Source: Flavobacteriales bacterium (GTDB lineage: Bacteria; Bacteroidota; Bacteroidia; Flavobacteriales_F; PHOS-HE28). Taken from it: 64,000 bases of DNA. This document shows, piece after piece, positions 63,434 through 64,000 of the stretch; the first letter of the stretch is position 1; each line of letters starts with the position of its first letter. The notes beneath the pieces were generated by a model. It was not told the DNA's origin. It ran no database searches and was given only the letters and a program-made list of their open reading frames with translations. A program made the translations under genes and the position numbers. Where the stretch lies: assembly GCA_019638115.1 (NCBI GenBank), contig JAHBUK010000004.1, positions 224,794-288,793 of the forward strand, in the 5' to 3' direction.

Positions 63434-63979
63434 GTGCAAGGGCCGCTGGAGATCATCAACACCCGCAATAACCTGATCGCGTTCTACGCCGATCGCGGGC
63501 TGCTCAGCCCCTTCCGAAGCCGGGCCACGCTCCCCTACCGCAAAGCTTTCCTGTGGTCCATTCCCACCGCCGCATCGCTGATCGGCGCTTCGTTCGTCTG
63601 GCAGTCCGTGGCCTGGTTCTTCATGCTCGGGGCGGTGATGCTCTTGGGCGGTGTGTTGGCCATGCTCTACGCGATCGGACATGTGCTGAACACACGGCGC
63701 ATCGTGTATCGCTGGGCGGCGCAGCATGGCGACGGGAAACCCATCCAACTGTGGCTGGGGCATGAAGGCTACCGCTTGGTGGATAGCGACTCGGAGCGCT
63801 TGGTGCGCTGGAGTGCGGTACAGCGTGCCAACATCGAGCAGGACCATGTGTTCATCGTTGTGGACGTGGAACGGATCTTCCTCCGCAGGAGCATGCGGGA
63901 TGCGGACTTCCAGCTGTTGTGCGAAACGGTGCGGGAGCACGTGCTGCAGGAAAAGGACGAAAGCGATGAGCCGCAGTGA
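63434..63979 (+). CDS. YcxB-like membrane protein
   Basis: 181 aa with two central TM helices and a C-terminal ...VRWSAVQRANIEQDHVFIVVDVERIFL... bPH-like region. Confidence 0.45.
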   Translation: MQGPLEIINTRNNLIAFYADRGLLSPFRSRATLPYRKAFLWSIPTAASLIGASFVWQSVAWFFMLGAVMLLGGVLAMLYAIGHVLNTRRIVYRWAAQHGDGKPIQLWLGHEGYRLVDSDSERLVRWSAVQRANIEQDHVFIVVDVERIFLRRSMRDADFQLLCETVREHVLQEKDESDEPQ

Positions 63980-64000
63980 TGGCCCGGAGCAGGAACGTGG

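Overview
High-GC (~60-65%) chromosomal segment that looks like a Bacteroidota genome. Several proteins end in T9SS C-terminal sorting domains, there is a giant SprB-repeat adhesin followed by a PorP/SprF gene, and the housekeeping genes have Bacteroidota-like architecture. Core genes: acyl-CoA carboxyltransferase, folD, ffh, argS, arginase, ftsK, cvfB-like, a Fic/AraC pair, and a cluster of DUF1801/DUF2461/DoxX genes. Several lower-GC inserts sit inside this backbone. (1) A ~6.6 kb island at 2.2-8.9 kb holds a precisely delimited IS3-family element (38-bp IRs, 4-bp ATAC target duplication) that splits a GT2 glycosyltransferase gene. It also holds a translationally coupled five-gene operon: alpha/beta hydrolase, hexapeptide acyltransferase, a two-domain protein whose N-terminus has a nucleoside 2-deoxyribosyltransferase/SLOG-like motif, a stand-alone adenylation enzyme, and a carrier protein. 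(2) An orphan low-GC 463-aa protein with a C-terminal HEPN-type Rx4H motif lies next to ffh. (3) A restriction/defence locus at 54.6-60.5 kb contains an MmeI-family Type IIL enzyme, a small membrane-anchored protein, a low-GC 589-aa protein of unknown function, and a single-HKD PLD-family nuclease with a Cys-rich tail. Also present: a VapC-like PIN gene, an REP-like palindromic repeat family at three convergent gene ends, a palindromic element inserted in-frame inside argS with a second copy upstream, a 72-bp duplication of the ffh 3' end flanking a small secreted-protein gene, and purine-rich octamer/nonamer tandem repeats. No rRNA, tRNA or CRISPR array was found by eye. All domain names are assigned from motif recognition without database searches.
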